From a bacterium (GTDB lineage: Bacteria > Bdellovibrionota_C > UBA2361 > CALJRW01), in contig JANNBC010000031.1 of assembly GCA_031385045.1 (NCBI GenBank), forward strand, positions 1 through 54,018: a stretch of 54,018 nucleotides of DNA. The letters are read 5' to 3'. Positions 1-9,775 of this stretch are shown one piece after another. The notes beneath the pieces were generated by a model. The model made no database searches and was not told the origin of the DNA. It saw only the letters and a program-made list of their open reading frames with translations. The position numbers and the translations under genes were made by a program. How positions within the stretch are numbered: position 1 is the first letter of the stretch; the number at the start of each line of letters is the position of its first letter.

Positions 1-141
1 GCGTCCTCATGGAACACTTGGGGGAATTACACCTCAGATGTTTGTGGATAAATGCTTACAGAAAAAACTTTGCGCTTGAAGATGGAGAAAAACTATGCGA
101 ATCTATCATTAATACTGGCTCTAAAACGCGCGGCTACGCCA
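1..141 (+). mobile_element. 3' end of an IS3-family insertion sequence (transposase C-terminus and probable right inverted repeat)
   Basis: Frame 2 (2-79) reads RPHGTLGGITPQMFVDKCLQKKLCA*, matching the RPH(S/G)xLGxxTP tail of IS3-family transposases. The sequence then runs to ...CTGGCTCTAAAACGCGCGGCTACGCCA (141), ending in the CA typical of IS3 ends. Truncated by the window edge. Confidence 0.7.
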
Positions 142-173
142 GGTAAAAGCCAATCAAATAGGCAAATTTTTGT

Positions 174-391
174 ATATACTAAAACCCATTAGGTATTACC
201 GAACTGCTATGAAAAATGCGAATCGCATTTTTAGTTAACTGGGCTTTAGTATATTTGTTTTCCCCAGCTAAAATGCTTATAAAATAAGCATTTTAGCCTG
301 AGCGACCCCCTTGGGTCGCTTCAAGCGCTTCGCGCTTGATATACTAGGCGACTAATTTTAGAACAGTAATTTCTAATGTTGCCTAGTATAT
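174..391. repeat. Cluster of palindromic MITE/REP-like elements with ATATACTA...TAGTATAT ends
   Basis: Inverted repeats ATATACTAAAACCCA/TGGGCTTTAGTATAT (174-254) and ATATACTAGGCGAC/GTTGCCTAGTATAT (339-391), with internal hairpins at 267-297, about 300-320 and 321-339. Segment 247-375 recurs at 25644-25771 and 173-192 recurs exactly at 53876-53895. Confidence 0.75.
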
Positions 392-468
392 TCTTGGTTT
401 TCAAATTTTTGTAATGCATAATTACTATCAAGTAAGGCCAAGTTTATCCCTATATCATACTTAAGTAG

Positions 469-1494
469 ATGCTTTTAGACAATAAAATAGTAAATCTAAT
501 TAGAGCAATTCAAGGTTATACTTCAGACCAGGAGCAACTAAGAACTTTTTTTATTAAAAATAAAATAACTTCTTTAGCTAATCAGATCTTAAAGATTGAT
601 CATTCAGTCCTACTTCTCGCTGACGCTGAGAAAGCTCAGTTATTAAATGAGTTACTACTAAGCAAGTTTAATTCCGTAGCAAGTCTGCTCAGAGAGCAGA
701 AATTAAATTTTATTCCTCTTAAGGGTCTACACTTAATCTATCAATTACCGGAGTATGGAAAAATTCGTGATATTAAAGATATTGATTTATTAATAGAAGG
801 CCAAGATTTAGCTAAAGCTATTCAAATCTTAACTACAAATGGTTGGAGTGCTAAATTCCCATCAACACAGCAGAAGCAAAAATTAGAGCTATTTGTGAAT
901 CATTCTGTCACATTAATGGAAACTGTTTCTGGGATTGAACTCGATCTTCATTGGAAGCTTGCGGAAGGCTTTGTCTGTGACTATGTTTTAAGCAAGGAAT
1001 ATCTTGCAGCAAGTAAGTATGATAATCAAGATAGATATTCATTTCCCTGTTGGGAATACCAAATACTTTTTATCATAGTTCATAGTTATAAAAATCGCTG
1101 GCAACAACTACAAGCCTTTATTGACTTATATTTGATTATGTCTAACCATCAAATTGATTTTGATAAATTAGCTAGCCTAGTAAATAAATATAATATCTCT
1201 CTAATCTATCAAGAGACTATGCAGATAATGGATTTACTATTTGGTCTTAACTTGAGTAGCCAGCAATTAGCCTTAGATATTCCCAAAGCTTTAGAGAAAA
1301 TTAATAAACTTAAAAATATTTCTGATGTAAAAATGATTACAACTTATATATTTGGTTTTAATAAGATAAAGTTTATGGCACTTCGATATCTATTGCCATT
1401 TGGGCCTGATCTCCAGTCTAAGCAAAATCTTATTTTTATTTTTTTACGCAAATATCATCGATTGTTTATCAAGCTAAGTAAATTAAATTTTTAG
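469..1494 (+). CDS. Nucleotidyltransferase family protein (NTP_transf_5-like, the type found in lasso/HprK-related clusters)
   Basis: Motifs PLKG, RDIKDIDLL and ELDLHW. Confidence 0.8.
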   Translation: MLLDNKIVNLIRAIQGYTSDQEQLRTFFIKNKITSLANQILKIDHSVLLLADAEKAQLLNELLLSKFNSVASLLREQKLNFIPLKGLHLIYQLPEYGKIRDIKDIDLLIEGQDLAKAIQILTTNGWSAKFPSTQQKQKLELFVNHSVTLMETVSGIELDLHWKLAEGFVCDYVLSKEYLAASKYDNQDRYSFPCWEYQILFIIVHSYKNRWQQLQAFIDLYLIMSNHQIDFDKLASLVNKYNISLIYQETMQIMDLLFGLNLSSQQLALDIPKALEKINKLKNISDVKMITTYIFGFNKIKFMALRYLLPFGPDLQSKQNLIFIFLRKYHRLFIKLSKLNF

Positions 1495-1517
1495 TTCCCG
1501 TTAACTCTATTTTAGCA

Positions 1518-1546
1518 TTGACTCAAAAAATATCGTTAACTATTCT
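1518..1546 (+). promoter_or_regulatory. Putative sigma70 promoter of the methyltransferase gene
   Basis: TTGACT-N17-TATTCT, followed by GAGGA upstream of the ATG at 1574. Confidence 0.45.
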
Positions 1547-1573
1547 GTTTGAGGATTTAATAATTTATACTAA

Positions 1574-2245
1574 ATGTTCTGGAAAATTCGACTGTTAATT
1601 GAAAATTTAATTAATAAATCTCTGTTTTTTATTGGCAGCTACACTGCTGGGTTACCACAAATGCTACTCCAACGCTTTAACTTAAAGCTACCGAGTAGAG
1701 AGCACCTAGTCTTACTGGCCTTATCATCTAATTTTAGAGGTCAGGGAGTAGAGATTGGAGTTTATCAAGGTGACTTCTCTAAGAAAATTTTGGAATATAC
1801 AAAGCTTGCTAAGTTGTATTGTGTGGATCCATGGCGGGAGTTTGATTATCTAGAATATGTAGATATGGCGAATGATAATCAGCTAGTTCAAGATCAAAGA
1901 TATGAAGTTACTAGAAAGAAGTTAGAGTTATTCACTACTCGTTCAGAGATTATTAGAGATATTTCAGAAGCTGCAAGGGTAAGGTTTGATAATGAGAGCT
2001 TAGATTTTATATATATTGATGCTAACCATAGTTATGAGGGATGCCTGCAAGATTTACAAATGTGGTGGCCAAAATTAAAGGTTGGTGGATTGATGGCTGG
2101 TGATGACTATACAAACACCGATAATGGAGTAACCAAGTATGGTGTGAAGCTAGCAGTTGATCAATTTTTTCAAAATCATAAATTGCATACCACATACAAG
2201 TCAGGGAAAGTTCATTGGCCTAATTGGTATGTATTCAAGAAGTAA
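1574..2245 (+). CDS. Class I SAM-dependent methyltransferase (Methyltransf_24-like)
   Basis: VEIGVYQG motif I, DFIYIDANHSY, and WPKLKVGGLMAGDDY. Confidence 0.85.
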   Translation: MFWKIRLLIENLINKSLFFIGSYTAGLPQMLLQRFNLKLPSREHLVLLALSSNFRGQGVEIGVYQGDFSKKILEYTKLAKLYCVDPWREFDYLEYVDMANDNQLVQDQRYEVTRKKLELFTTRSEIIRDISEAARVRFDNESLDFIYIDANHSYEGCLQDLQMWWPKLKVGGLMAGDDYTNTDNGVTKYGVKLAVDQFFQNHKLHTTYKSGKVHWPNWYVFKK

Positions 2246-2383
2246 TGCTATCTATCTAAAATTGATTCTTAATAAATATTAATATGGGTCTTTACCATAA
2301 AAATTATTAAGATTAACCTAGGTTGCAAGTTACTAACCAGCTTATTGATAAAATAACAGTAACATTTCTAGATAAAATTTTTC

Positions 2384-3475
2384 ATGCTTAAGTCTCGAAT
2401 TGCTATTGTATTAGATAGGACAGATCCCAGAGGTACAGGTGCCGCAAGTCATATGATTTTGAACTCTTTAGAGAGTTTTAATTCAGAGCAGTTTGAATAC
2501 TTCTTTTTAACTTCAGTGCTTGGCAAGATTTCTGAAAAATTAACCTCTAGTAAGTTTTGTGTTAAATATATTAAGTCCTCTATCTCGGAGGTATCTAATC
2601 CCATTCAATTTGCGATTAGTGTCTTTAAGGCAATTTACTGGTTTAAATTATCTAGAATTAAATTAGTTCATTTCTATTCTGATCATTACCGAGATCCCTT
2701 TTTCATTGCGGCAAAAATTCTTAACTTAAAAAAAGTTATTCATATTCATGGGTATTCTCAAGACCCCAAAAATGCTTGGTTGCAATCTGCTGACTGCTTT
2801 ATTTTCAATTCTAATTTAACTAAAAAAAATCCTAGATTCCAAGAGATTTCAGAGCATAGGAAAAGAGTTATTCATTATGGAATTAATCCGAAAAATTATT
2901 TTTTTGATCCATCATTTGCCAATGGTAGTAAGTTAGTTATTGGGAATGTCTCGGCAATTCACCCAGCAAAATGTTTGGAAGATTTTATTAAAATTGCCAA
3001 GCTTGTAAATGAAGAATGCTCCGTGGAGTTCTGGATTGTCGGAATTGTTCAATCCGAGGAATATTTTTTGAAACTTAAGTCTTTAGTTAAGGAATTAAAA
3101 CTGGAGCAGATTATTAGATTTACTGGCGAGCAAGAAGATTTAAAGCAGATATATAATTGTCTCGACTTACTGATTCACACTGCTGAGTGGGAGCCGTTTG
3201 GGATTATTTATCTAGAAGCTGCCTTAGCTCGTGTTCCAGTTATTGGTAATTATCCTGGGGGAATTGTTGATATTGCAACAGATGGCCAAGAATTATTACT
3301 TTACCAATTTGGTGATGTCGAACAAGCGGCTAATCTGGCATTAAAATTAATGGCGGATTCAAGGTCTTTAAAAAAACTTACTGATAATTTTTACAAGAAA
3401 GTTGTAAATGAGAATTCAGCTGAAGGATTTCAAAAAAAACTAGAATCCCTTTATCTGGAACTTCTGGGTGAGTAA
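2384..3475 (+). CDS. Glycosyltransferase family 4
   Basis: GT-B ExFGxxxxEA motif (EPFGIIYLEA). Confidence 0.85.
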   Translation: MLKSRIAIVLDRTDPRGTGAASHMILNSLESFNSEQFEYFFLTSVLGKISEKLTSSKFCVKYIKSSISEVSNPIQFAISVFKAIYWFKLSRIKLVHFYSDHYRDPFFIAAKILNLKKVIHIHGYSQDPKNAWLQSADCFIFNSNLTKKNPRFQEISEHRKRVIHYGINPKNYFFDPSFANGSKLVIGNVSAIHPAKCLEDFIKIAKLVNEECSVEFWIVGIVQSEEYFLKLKSLVKELKLEQIIRFTGEQEDLKQIYNCLDLLIHTAEWEPFGIIYLEAALARVPVIGNYPGGIVDIATDGQELLLYQFGDVEQAANLALKLMADSRSLKKLTDNFYKKVVNENSAEGFQKKLESLYLELLGE

Positions 3476-3496
3476 AAAGTTTTGCTGGAATTGGAG

Positions 3497-4378
3497 TTAG
3501 TTTTGTTCTGCGAAGGTCAGTAAGTCAGAATTGAGTAAGTTCAAATTGACATCAACTAAATTGCTATAATTTAACTGAATAACTTTACTTATTGAAATTA
3601 ATTTATTTAACTCTAGGAATAAGTTTAATTGCTGAATACTATCATGGGGGCTTAGTTTAATTAGCTCTGTTAAAATTCTTTGATAAATCTCTTCAGTCTT
3701 TGGATTTAGAATCTGGTATTTTCCGTTAGAGATTGAATCTGTTCGATTAAGACAAACAAAAATATTCTGATTGCTATTAGCGTATTGTTGAAAGCTTGTT
3801 AATGGAATTGGAAAAACATCTTTTGATCCAGATTGATTTAATAATCTGATGCCTGGGTAGGATGATAATATTTTTACCTTTTCCTCACTCTGATTAATAA
3901 TTAAGTAATCATCACAAATAAATTTACCAAGGGGGTAAAGCATTTTAACTAAAGTAGATTTGCCTGAGCCAGATTTACCAATTAAAATAATATTAAAGTC
4001 TTGATAAGAATAGGCAGAGGCATGAAGAACTAAATTTTTTAAACTTAAAAATAGGGGAATTACTTGATCCGTTAAGAGGTGTAGGTAATGATAATCTTCT
4101 AGTACTCTTTGTTCGCAAAAGATTGTTTTACCAGAGATTTCAAAAACAATTAGCTCTGGATATTCAAGATAATAACTATTTTCTACGTGGTAAAAATTTA
4201 AGCGCGGTGTTAGATCTTCATTTAGCCAAGAGTAATAGGGTTTAAGTGTTTCTGGCTTAGAAATTGTTTTAAATTTTAGTTTTAAATTTGAATCTGTTAA
4301 GTCTAAATCTTGGGTTACTAGATAATTAATTTCAAATTGTGAATTAATTGTTAGGTTAGCTAGGCGGTAGTTATGCAC
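3497..4378 (-). CDS. HPr kinase-related P-loop kinase (HprK-related / lasso-peptide kinase type)
   Basis: LHASA, then Walker A GKSGSGKSTL, then the DD pair (FICDD). Confidence 0.8.
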   Translation of the reverse strand: MHNYRLANLTINSQFEINYLVTQDLDLTDSNLKLKFKTISKPETLKPYYSWLNEDLTPRLNFYHVENSYYLEYPELIVFEISGKTIFCEQRVLEDYHYLHLLTDQVIPLFLSLKNLVLHASAYSYQDFNIILIGKSGSGKSTLVKMLYPLGKFICDDYLIINQSEEKVKILSSYPGIRLLNQSGSKDVFPIPLTSFQQYANSNQNIFVCLNRTDSISNGKYQILNPKTEEIYQRILTELIKLSPHDSIQQLNLFLELNKLISISKVIQLNYSNLVDVNLNLLNSDLLTFAEQN

Positions 4379-4417
4379 GGAATAGAGCCATGTTGGGAGA
4401 CTGATTAAAAACTAAAC

Positions 4418-4624
4418 TTAGTCGTTACATTCTGGTGGTATAGTTCCCCCATTCATCGCCGCGCTAACACATTCCGCGGACTGTGTTAATGAATCTTTAT
4501 TGGCTTGACCAAAATAGGTTACAGCTCCAATACAAGCAACCGCAATTAGAGACACAAGCAACACATACTCTAGCAGTGAGGCGCCAAGCTCAGTTTTTAG
4601 TTTATTAACTATATTAAAACTCAT
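4418..4624 (-). CDS. flp: Flp family type IVb pilin
   Basis: Prepilin motif ELG|ASLLEY followed by a hydrophobic helix; 68 aa. Confidence 0.85.
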   Translation of the reverse strand: MSFNIVNKLKTELGASLLEYVLLVSLIAVACIGAVTYFGQANKDSLTQSAECVSAAMNGGTIPPECND

Positions 4625-4693
4625 CAGAACATTATATCCAAAAATTTAATTTTTACCATTCGTTATTTTTAAAGTTATTTAATTAAAATTAAC

Positions 4694-6544
4694 TTAATTT
4701 TCTCCAAATTTTATTCTGTTAATTCGCAAATATCCACTAGCCAGCTCGCTTTGAGAGCTTAAACTTTCTGCATTAAGGGTTAATTGATGCCTTCCTTTAG
4801 TTTTTACACGTAAGGTGGTTCGAAAACGATTATTTCTAAGTCTTAAATCTTTATTAATAATACTACCAAGAGTTAGCCATACTCGGGAGATACTTGCACC
4901 AGTTACCCTACAAGATATGCGCACTGGTTCATTTCTTAGCAATCTTCTTTTGGAAACTATTAAATCTGAGATAACAATTTGACTAACATTTCCAATATCT
5001 GGTGGTAGTTCTGGTTCTAGAGTTGAGTTATTAAGAGCATAAGCGCCAATTGTGCTATTTGATGTTCTAGTTTCAGCTCCCCGATCAAAATTTATTTCAT
5101 TCACTAAATTTCCGACTGGTGCCAGTGGAGTAGTGGGACGATCGCCACCAGTAAATGCTGAAATTGATAATGGAGTGATTGTAAATAAATTACTGGAGAG
5201 TGTGGGCCTAAAGTCCAGCGTTTCTGGGCTAATAAATTCTGGCTCTAAAATATTAATATAATTATCACTAAGTATCTGTGTTTCGTTACATGTGGTGTTA
5301 CTGGGTACACAACCATCACTTCCACCAATACCAAGCGGTTTTTCGGTAGATCCATTCCAAAAGATATTATTTTTTATGACTAAATTTTCATCGCTCTTAA
5401 CTGGATTAGGAATATTACTTCCAGCAATAGCAGTTCTTGAGCCATAGACTGCTAAGTGTTGCCACTGGCTTTCAACACCTTCAGGATTGTAGATTATATT
5501 ATTAAAAAAGTAGATATTTTTGTTAGGAATTGGTTGAGGAGTAATTGAGGCATTGCTTGGTCCCCAAGCTCCAAGTGAAACTCGATTAGCGCAAGCGGTG
5601 TTACTTCCATCGCAAGAACGTTCACCAAAAACAAATTCAACTAAGTGGGATCTAAGGCCGACATGGTACAGAGTGTTAAAAGCCATTAAGATATTATATC
5701 CACCATTGACCCCTAAACCTGCACCCTCAGTGTGGTGAATGATATTATTAAAAACTTTAATATCATAGGCTTCATAGTGAAGCCAAGGACTTTCCATAAA
5801 TTCTAAACCAGTCCCTTGCCCCGTAGTTAATCCACCAGTGCCGCAATCAAAAATATTATTACCAGCAATTGTTAAATAAGCTGAACCACCTTTGACATAA
5901 ATACACCAGTCACTGGCATTAGAAATTGAGTTATTGATGATATGACCATTTTGAACGGCAACTAGATCGATTGCATTATCATCGGCTCCGCGAATGATGG
6001 AGTTCTCTAAATAAAAATTCTGTGATTGGTTCATTTTTAAAGTTTCATGAGCCTCTCTATCTCCACCATCTAAAATAACCATCCGGAGTAATGTGGTATC
6101 ACATTGTTCACAATGAAAGGAGTCTCCCGCTGTGATAATATTAATACCAAGTAAATAAAAGTATCTTAAGTTAAAAGCGTTGATATCACGCGAAAATGTA
6201 ACAGTTCCAACTCCATCAACGGCCTCTAAAATAATTGGGTTTTCAAAAGTTCCAAGGCGATTCTCCCAATAATTAGGAAGTGTATCTTCGTTATAGTCTC
6301 CCGTTTTAATTTTTAGATGATATCCTTCTGTTAAAGTTGTATTAATGGGAATTCTATTCCAGGCAGCAGTCACAGTTTGTAGGGCATCTGCCTCTGTGGC
6401 TCCAGAATTAGTGTCATCCCCATGGACCTGATCAATCCAAATAGTTTGAACATTTGGAGAGCCAATATCAAAATTTTGCGGTGTAGTAGATTGAGCTAAA
6501 GTTGAACTAGCAAAGATTAATAGAAATAGAATGAATTTTATCAT
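4694..6544 (-). CDS. Secreted right-handed parallel beta-helix (pectate-lyase-fold) protein
   Basis: Signal peptide, a GDDTNSG...ALQTV N-cap motif, N/I/G-rich beta-helix repeats and a basic Ig-like C-terminus. Confidence 0.7.
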   Translation of the reverse strand: MIKFILFLLIFASSTLAQSTTPQNFDIGSPNVQTIWIDQVHGDDTNSGATEADALQTVTAAWNRIPINTTLTEGYHLKIKTGDYNEDTLPNYWENRLGTFENPIILEAVDGVGTVTFSRDINAFNLRYFYLLGINIITAGDSFHCEQCDTTLLRMVILDGGDREAHETLKMNQSQNFYLENSIIRGADDNAIDLVAVQNGHIINNSISNASDWCIYVKGGSAYLTIAGNNIFDCGTGGLTTGQGTGLEFMESPWLHYEAYDIKVFNNIIHHTEGAGLGVNGGYNILMAFNTLYHVGLRSHLVEFVFGERSCDGSNTACANRVSLGAWGPSNASITPQPIPNKNIYFFNNIIYNPEGVESQWQHLAVYGSRTAIAGSNIPNPVKSDENLVIKNNIFWNGSTEKPLGIGGSDGCVPSNTTCNETQILSDNYINILEPEFISPETLDFRPTLSSNLFTITPLSISAFTGGDRPTTPLAPVGNLVNEINFDRGAETRTSNSTIGAYALNNSTLEPELPPDIGNVSQIVISDLIVSKRRLLRNEPVRISCRVTGASISRVWLTLGSIINKDLRLRNNRFRTTLRVKTKGRHQLTLNAESLSSQSELASGYLRINRIKFGEN

Positions 6545-6648
6545 GTAGTTACAAACGATGGTCAGCGAATCTAAAATTAATTACTAAATTAAATGCATCC
6601 AATTCGTCTAAGTATCGGCAATTACTCTAAAAAACTTAATAGTTTCCT

Positions 6649-8185
6649 TTATTTGATAGTTACTAAGTCCGAGATAAGGGGATGTAGGCGACAATTAAAG
6701 TTCGCGCATTGGTAAACCCAGATATGGCGGTCAGGGTAATAGGCCAGAAGTAGCTCATCTGCCTTAGGACCCATGGAGCGGGCATAAATAATTTTTTGCT
6801 GATCGATTGGTGCAAAATTATAAACGATGTCTTCACTAGAATGTTTGTTCGCAGGGTATTTAACTAATATCAAATGATTGCCCCCAACTTTCTCAGTTTC
6901 AGCAGTAATTTGAGACCAGGTATCGGTAACTACTAGGTTGCGTTCGGAATGCTTTGAGTAAGCATGGAAAAAAGATTCACTCATAGCTAGCAAGAGGCAG
7001 GCATAAAAGATCCATAATTTATTATTTTGTTTTGATTTTTGGTAGGCAACTTGTAGTTGCGAAATAATAATAATTAAATTTAACGCAATAATTGGATTAG
7101 CGTAATGGGCATGAGTCGCAAGAACTGGCACTAAACCAAAGAAGTAAAATCCTGAAGAAATTAAAATTAAGATTTTAAATTTAAAATCATTTAGTAAGGC
7201 ATAGCTAAAAAATAATAAAAGTAATCCAATCGAAGGAAGGAAATGAATGAAAACTTTTTTAAACTTGTCAGCTTCAAACATGTATAAATCTGACCAAGTA
7301 TCCAAGTAGGATTTAAAGTAATCATTACGACCAAGATGTAGGCTTTCCATAATTGGGTGATTAAATTGAATTGGCTTGGGCGGAGGAGAAAAAATGAAGG
7401 GACGCATAAAGCCGTAAGTTTTTTCATAGATTAGGTAGGCTGATTCCCAGGGGTTTCCAGTACTTAGATAATTATAAATCAAAATAATACTTGCACCCAA
7501 TAAGCCTGCCAATGTTAATGGTAAAAGAAATTTTTTTACCAAGGTTATAAAAGATCCATTTCGGAAGGACTGAAATATCAAAATTAATGTTGGAATAATA
7601 ATTGTAATTAATCCTTCAAAGGGGCGAGCTAGGCAGACTAAGATTGCACCAAGACTAAAGAGTAGCGAATATTTAAGTGAGTACTGATCTAATAACCGAC
7701 CAAAGCTTCCAAAAATTAGAAAGCTTGCCATAAAAGCACCCACACTGCCCATAAAGCTTAGAGCGGTGTCGTTGATTAACGTTGGGTGAATTGCCAAGAA
7801 TAAGCTGCCAATTAAAGCCCAGTTGTCTTTTACATAAGCTTTTAAAGCCCAGTAAGCTAAGCTAACTGATAAAGCATAGACCAAAGATTGGTTTTTGGAA
7901 GAGTATCTGGCCAAGGGCTAAGATAATACTTTGCAGTGGAAGATATTTAGAACAATATGCTGGCTGACTAATTAGCATAAAACTTTCAAAGTGTTGCCAG
8001 AAAGGATGTTGTTCCGCACAAATTTTTCCTTGGCTAAGTAAATCTGCTCCAATTAAATAGGAAAATTCGTCATAGAGAGTTGGTACTGGATTTATTAATA
8101 AAGCTAAGGTTAGATTGATTGCTAGGGAAGTAATAAATAATAAAAAGTACACTAAGCGCTGATTCAGTTTTTCGGCAGCAATCAT
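6649..8185 (-). pseudogene. Frameshifted polytopic GT-C/ArnT-like membrane glycosyltransferase
   Basis: The N-terminal ORF (7862-8185; TM helix, DEFSY, SKY) and the C-terminal ORF (6649-7914; multi-TM) overlap in different frames and read as one protein, with the shift near 7865-7890. Confidence 0.7.
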
Positions 8186-8976
8186 TTGGCGACCTTTTCA
8201 CTAAGCTTTTTTATTCTATATTTAGTATCTGGATGAGTTTTTAGAATATTTAAATCTAAAAATTTATGATTTGTAGATAATTTGTTTTCAATTTGAAGGA
8301 TAGATTGAAATGCTTCCACTGCACCAAAAGATGAGTGGTAAACCTTGTTTAATAATTCTAATCCAAATTGATCGGCATTTAATTCTTGTCTACGAGAGAA
8401 GCTTAAATCAAGTAAATCGTTTAGACTGGAAGCAATCGGAACTTCACTTCCGCCAACTGTTATTGCCGAATAAATAACTAGAATTAAAGCACTTTTGGAG
8501 AGCCTTTGCAGATAGTCTCGATTGACCTGGTGGCCAATTTCATGTCCTAAAATCATGGCAATTTCTTGCTCACTCTTTAATTCTTCTAGTAATCCAGTAC
8601 CAATGATAATAATTCCTCCAGGAAGGGCAAAAGCATTAACCAAATCATTGCTATTAATAATACGTAATTCCAAGCTTTGAAGCTGTGGATCGACATTTTT
8701 TAATTTAGCAAAAATATTTTGGATTTGCTCTTCTTGCTGATAAGGGACTGATTTACTTTCTGCTTGAAAATTCTTAGCAAATGATTCGCCTAATATTTTA
8801 CCAAAATTAATTGGCGCAAAGGAAATTATAATCCCGAGGCTTAAATAAACAAAGACAATACTTATTAAGATGAAGATTATTAAACTCAGGATAATTTGAA
8901 ACGATTTAGCAATGAGTGACTCCGTACTAACATTATGATTTTTGCTAGGGATTTTTGCCTGATAAGGTATTTGCAC
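8182..8976 (-). CDS. M48 family metallopeptidase
   Basis: NAFALPGG, HEIGH, E..AD and THP motifs. Confidence 0.9.
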   Translation of the reverse strand: MQIPYQAKIPSKNHNVSTESLIAKSFQIILSLIIFILISIVFVYLSLGIIISFAPINFGKILGESFAKNFQAESKSVPYQQEEQIQNIFAKLKNVDPQLQSLELRIINSNDLVNAFALPGGIIIIGTGLLEELKSEQEIAMILGHEIGHQVNRDYLQRLSKSALILVIYSAITVGGSEVPIASSLNDLLDLSFSRRQELNADQFGLELLNKVYHSSFGAVEAFQSILQIENKLSTNHKFLDLNILKTHPDTKYRIKKLSEKVAK

Positions 8977-8978
8977 TT

Positions 8979-9422
8979 TTAATTAACGCGATATAAAGCT
9001 GTTCCATAAACTAGGACTTCCACACAAGCGACAGAATTATTAGTAGATTTACCAATAGAAGCAGTTTCAATCCTAGTATTAATGATAAAGTCAGCTTCAG
9101 GACAGGATTCTTTTAATCTTAAAATTGCCTCACGCCTTGCTCGATCTAGCAGAGTTTCATAGCTAACTACTTTACCCCCAATTAAATTAGAAATATTGGC
9201 AACAAATTTTTTAAAATAATCAATTGAAATGACAACATTAGCTGAAACTAATTCTCCGTGAAAACCTTGATAAATTGGATTAGCTTTTTTTCCAAAGGAG
9301 ACTAATGGTCTTTGGATTAGATCTGCTTCTCGTTTTTGAATCGAACGATAGTGTTTCCGTTCGTTCAATGTGCCAAAAATTAGGCCAGTAAAAAAAAGCA
9401 CAACTAGGATAATAAATTCCAT
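8979..9422 (-). CDS. YbjQ family protein (with N-terminal TM helix)
   Basis: GGKVVSYETLLDRARREA...YGTA. Confidence 0.85.
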   Translation of the reverse strand: MEFIILVVLFFTGLIFGTLNERKHYRSIQKREADLIQRPLVSFGKKANPIYQGFHGELVSANVVISIDYFKKFVANISNLIGGKVVSYETLLDRARREAILRLKESCPEADFIINTRIETASIGKSTNNSVACVEVLVYGTALYRVN

Positions 9423-9424
9423 TT

Positions 9425-9739
9425 TTATTCTATAAGTACAGCTGTTCCATAAACATAAAGTTCTGCTGCACCAACAGCGACAGAAGATGTTGAGAAGCGC
9501 ACGTTAATCACGGCATTCGCTCCTAAATCTTTAGCTTCAGCAATCATTCTTTCGGTAGCTTCTACTCTTGATTCACTAAGTAGCTCAGTGTAAGCCTTTA
9601 GCTCTCCACCAACAATGTTTTTTAAACTAGCAAAAATATCTTTTCCAACATGCTTTGCCCTAACAGTACTTCCAGACACAAGGCCAAACATTTGGACAAT
9701 TTGTTTCCCAGGAATAAATTCGGTATTAGTAATCTGCAT
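9425..9739 (-). CDS. YbjQ family (UPF0145) protein
   Basis: GGELKAYTELLSESR...GANAVINVRF...YGTAV. Confidence 0.9.
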   Translation of the reverse strand: MQITNTEFIPGKQIVQMFGLVSGSTVRAKHVGKDIFASLKNIVGGELKAYTELLSESRVEATERMIAEAKDLGANAVINVRFSTSSVAVGAAELYVYGTAVLIE

Positions 9740-9775
9740 ATTATTATCTTGAAATTATCAGGTTCTTTACGGCAA

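Noticed and set aside
1..51. Frame-1 peptide ASSWNTWGNYTSDVCG* as a possible lasso core
   Set aside because: Frame 2 of the same bases gives a clear IS3 transposase C-terminal motif.
4363..4370. GGCGGTAG ops-like element
   Set aside because: It lies antisense within the kinase coding start and does not precede a plus-strand operon.
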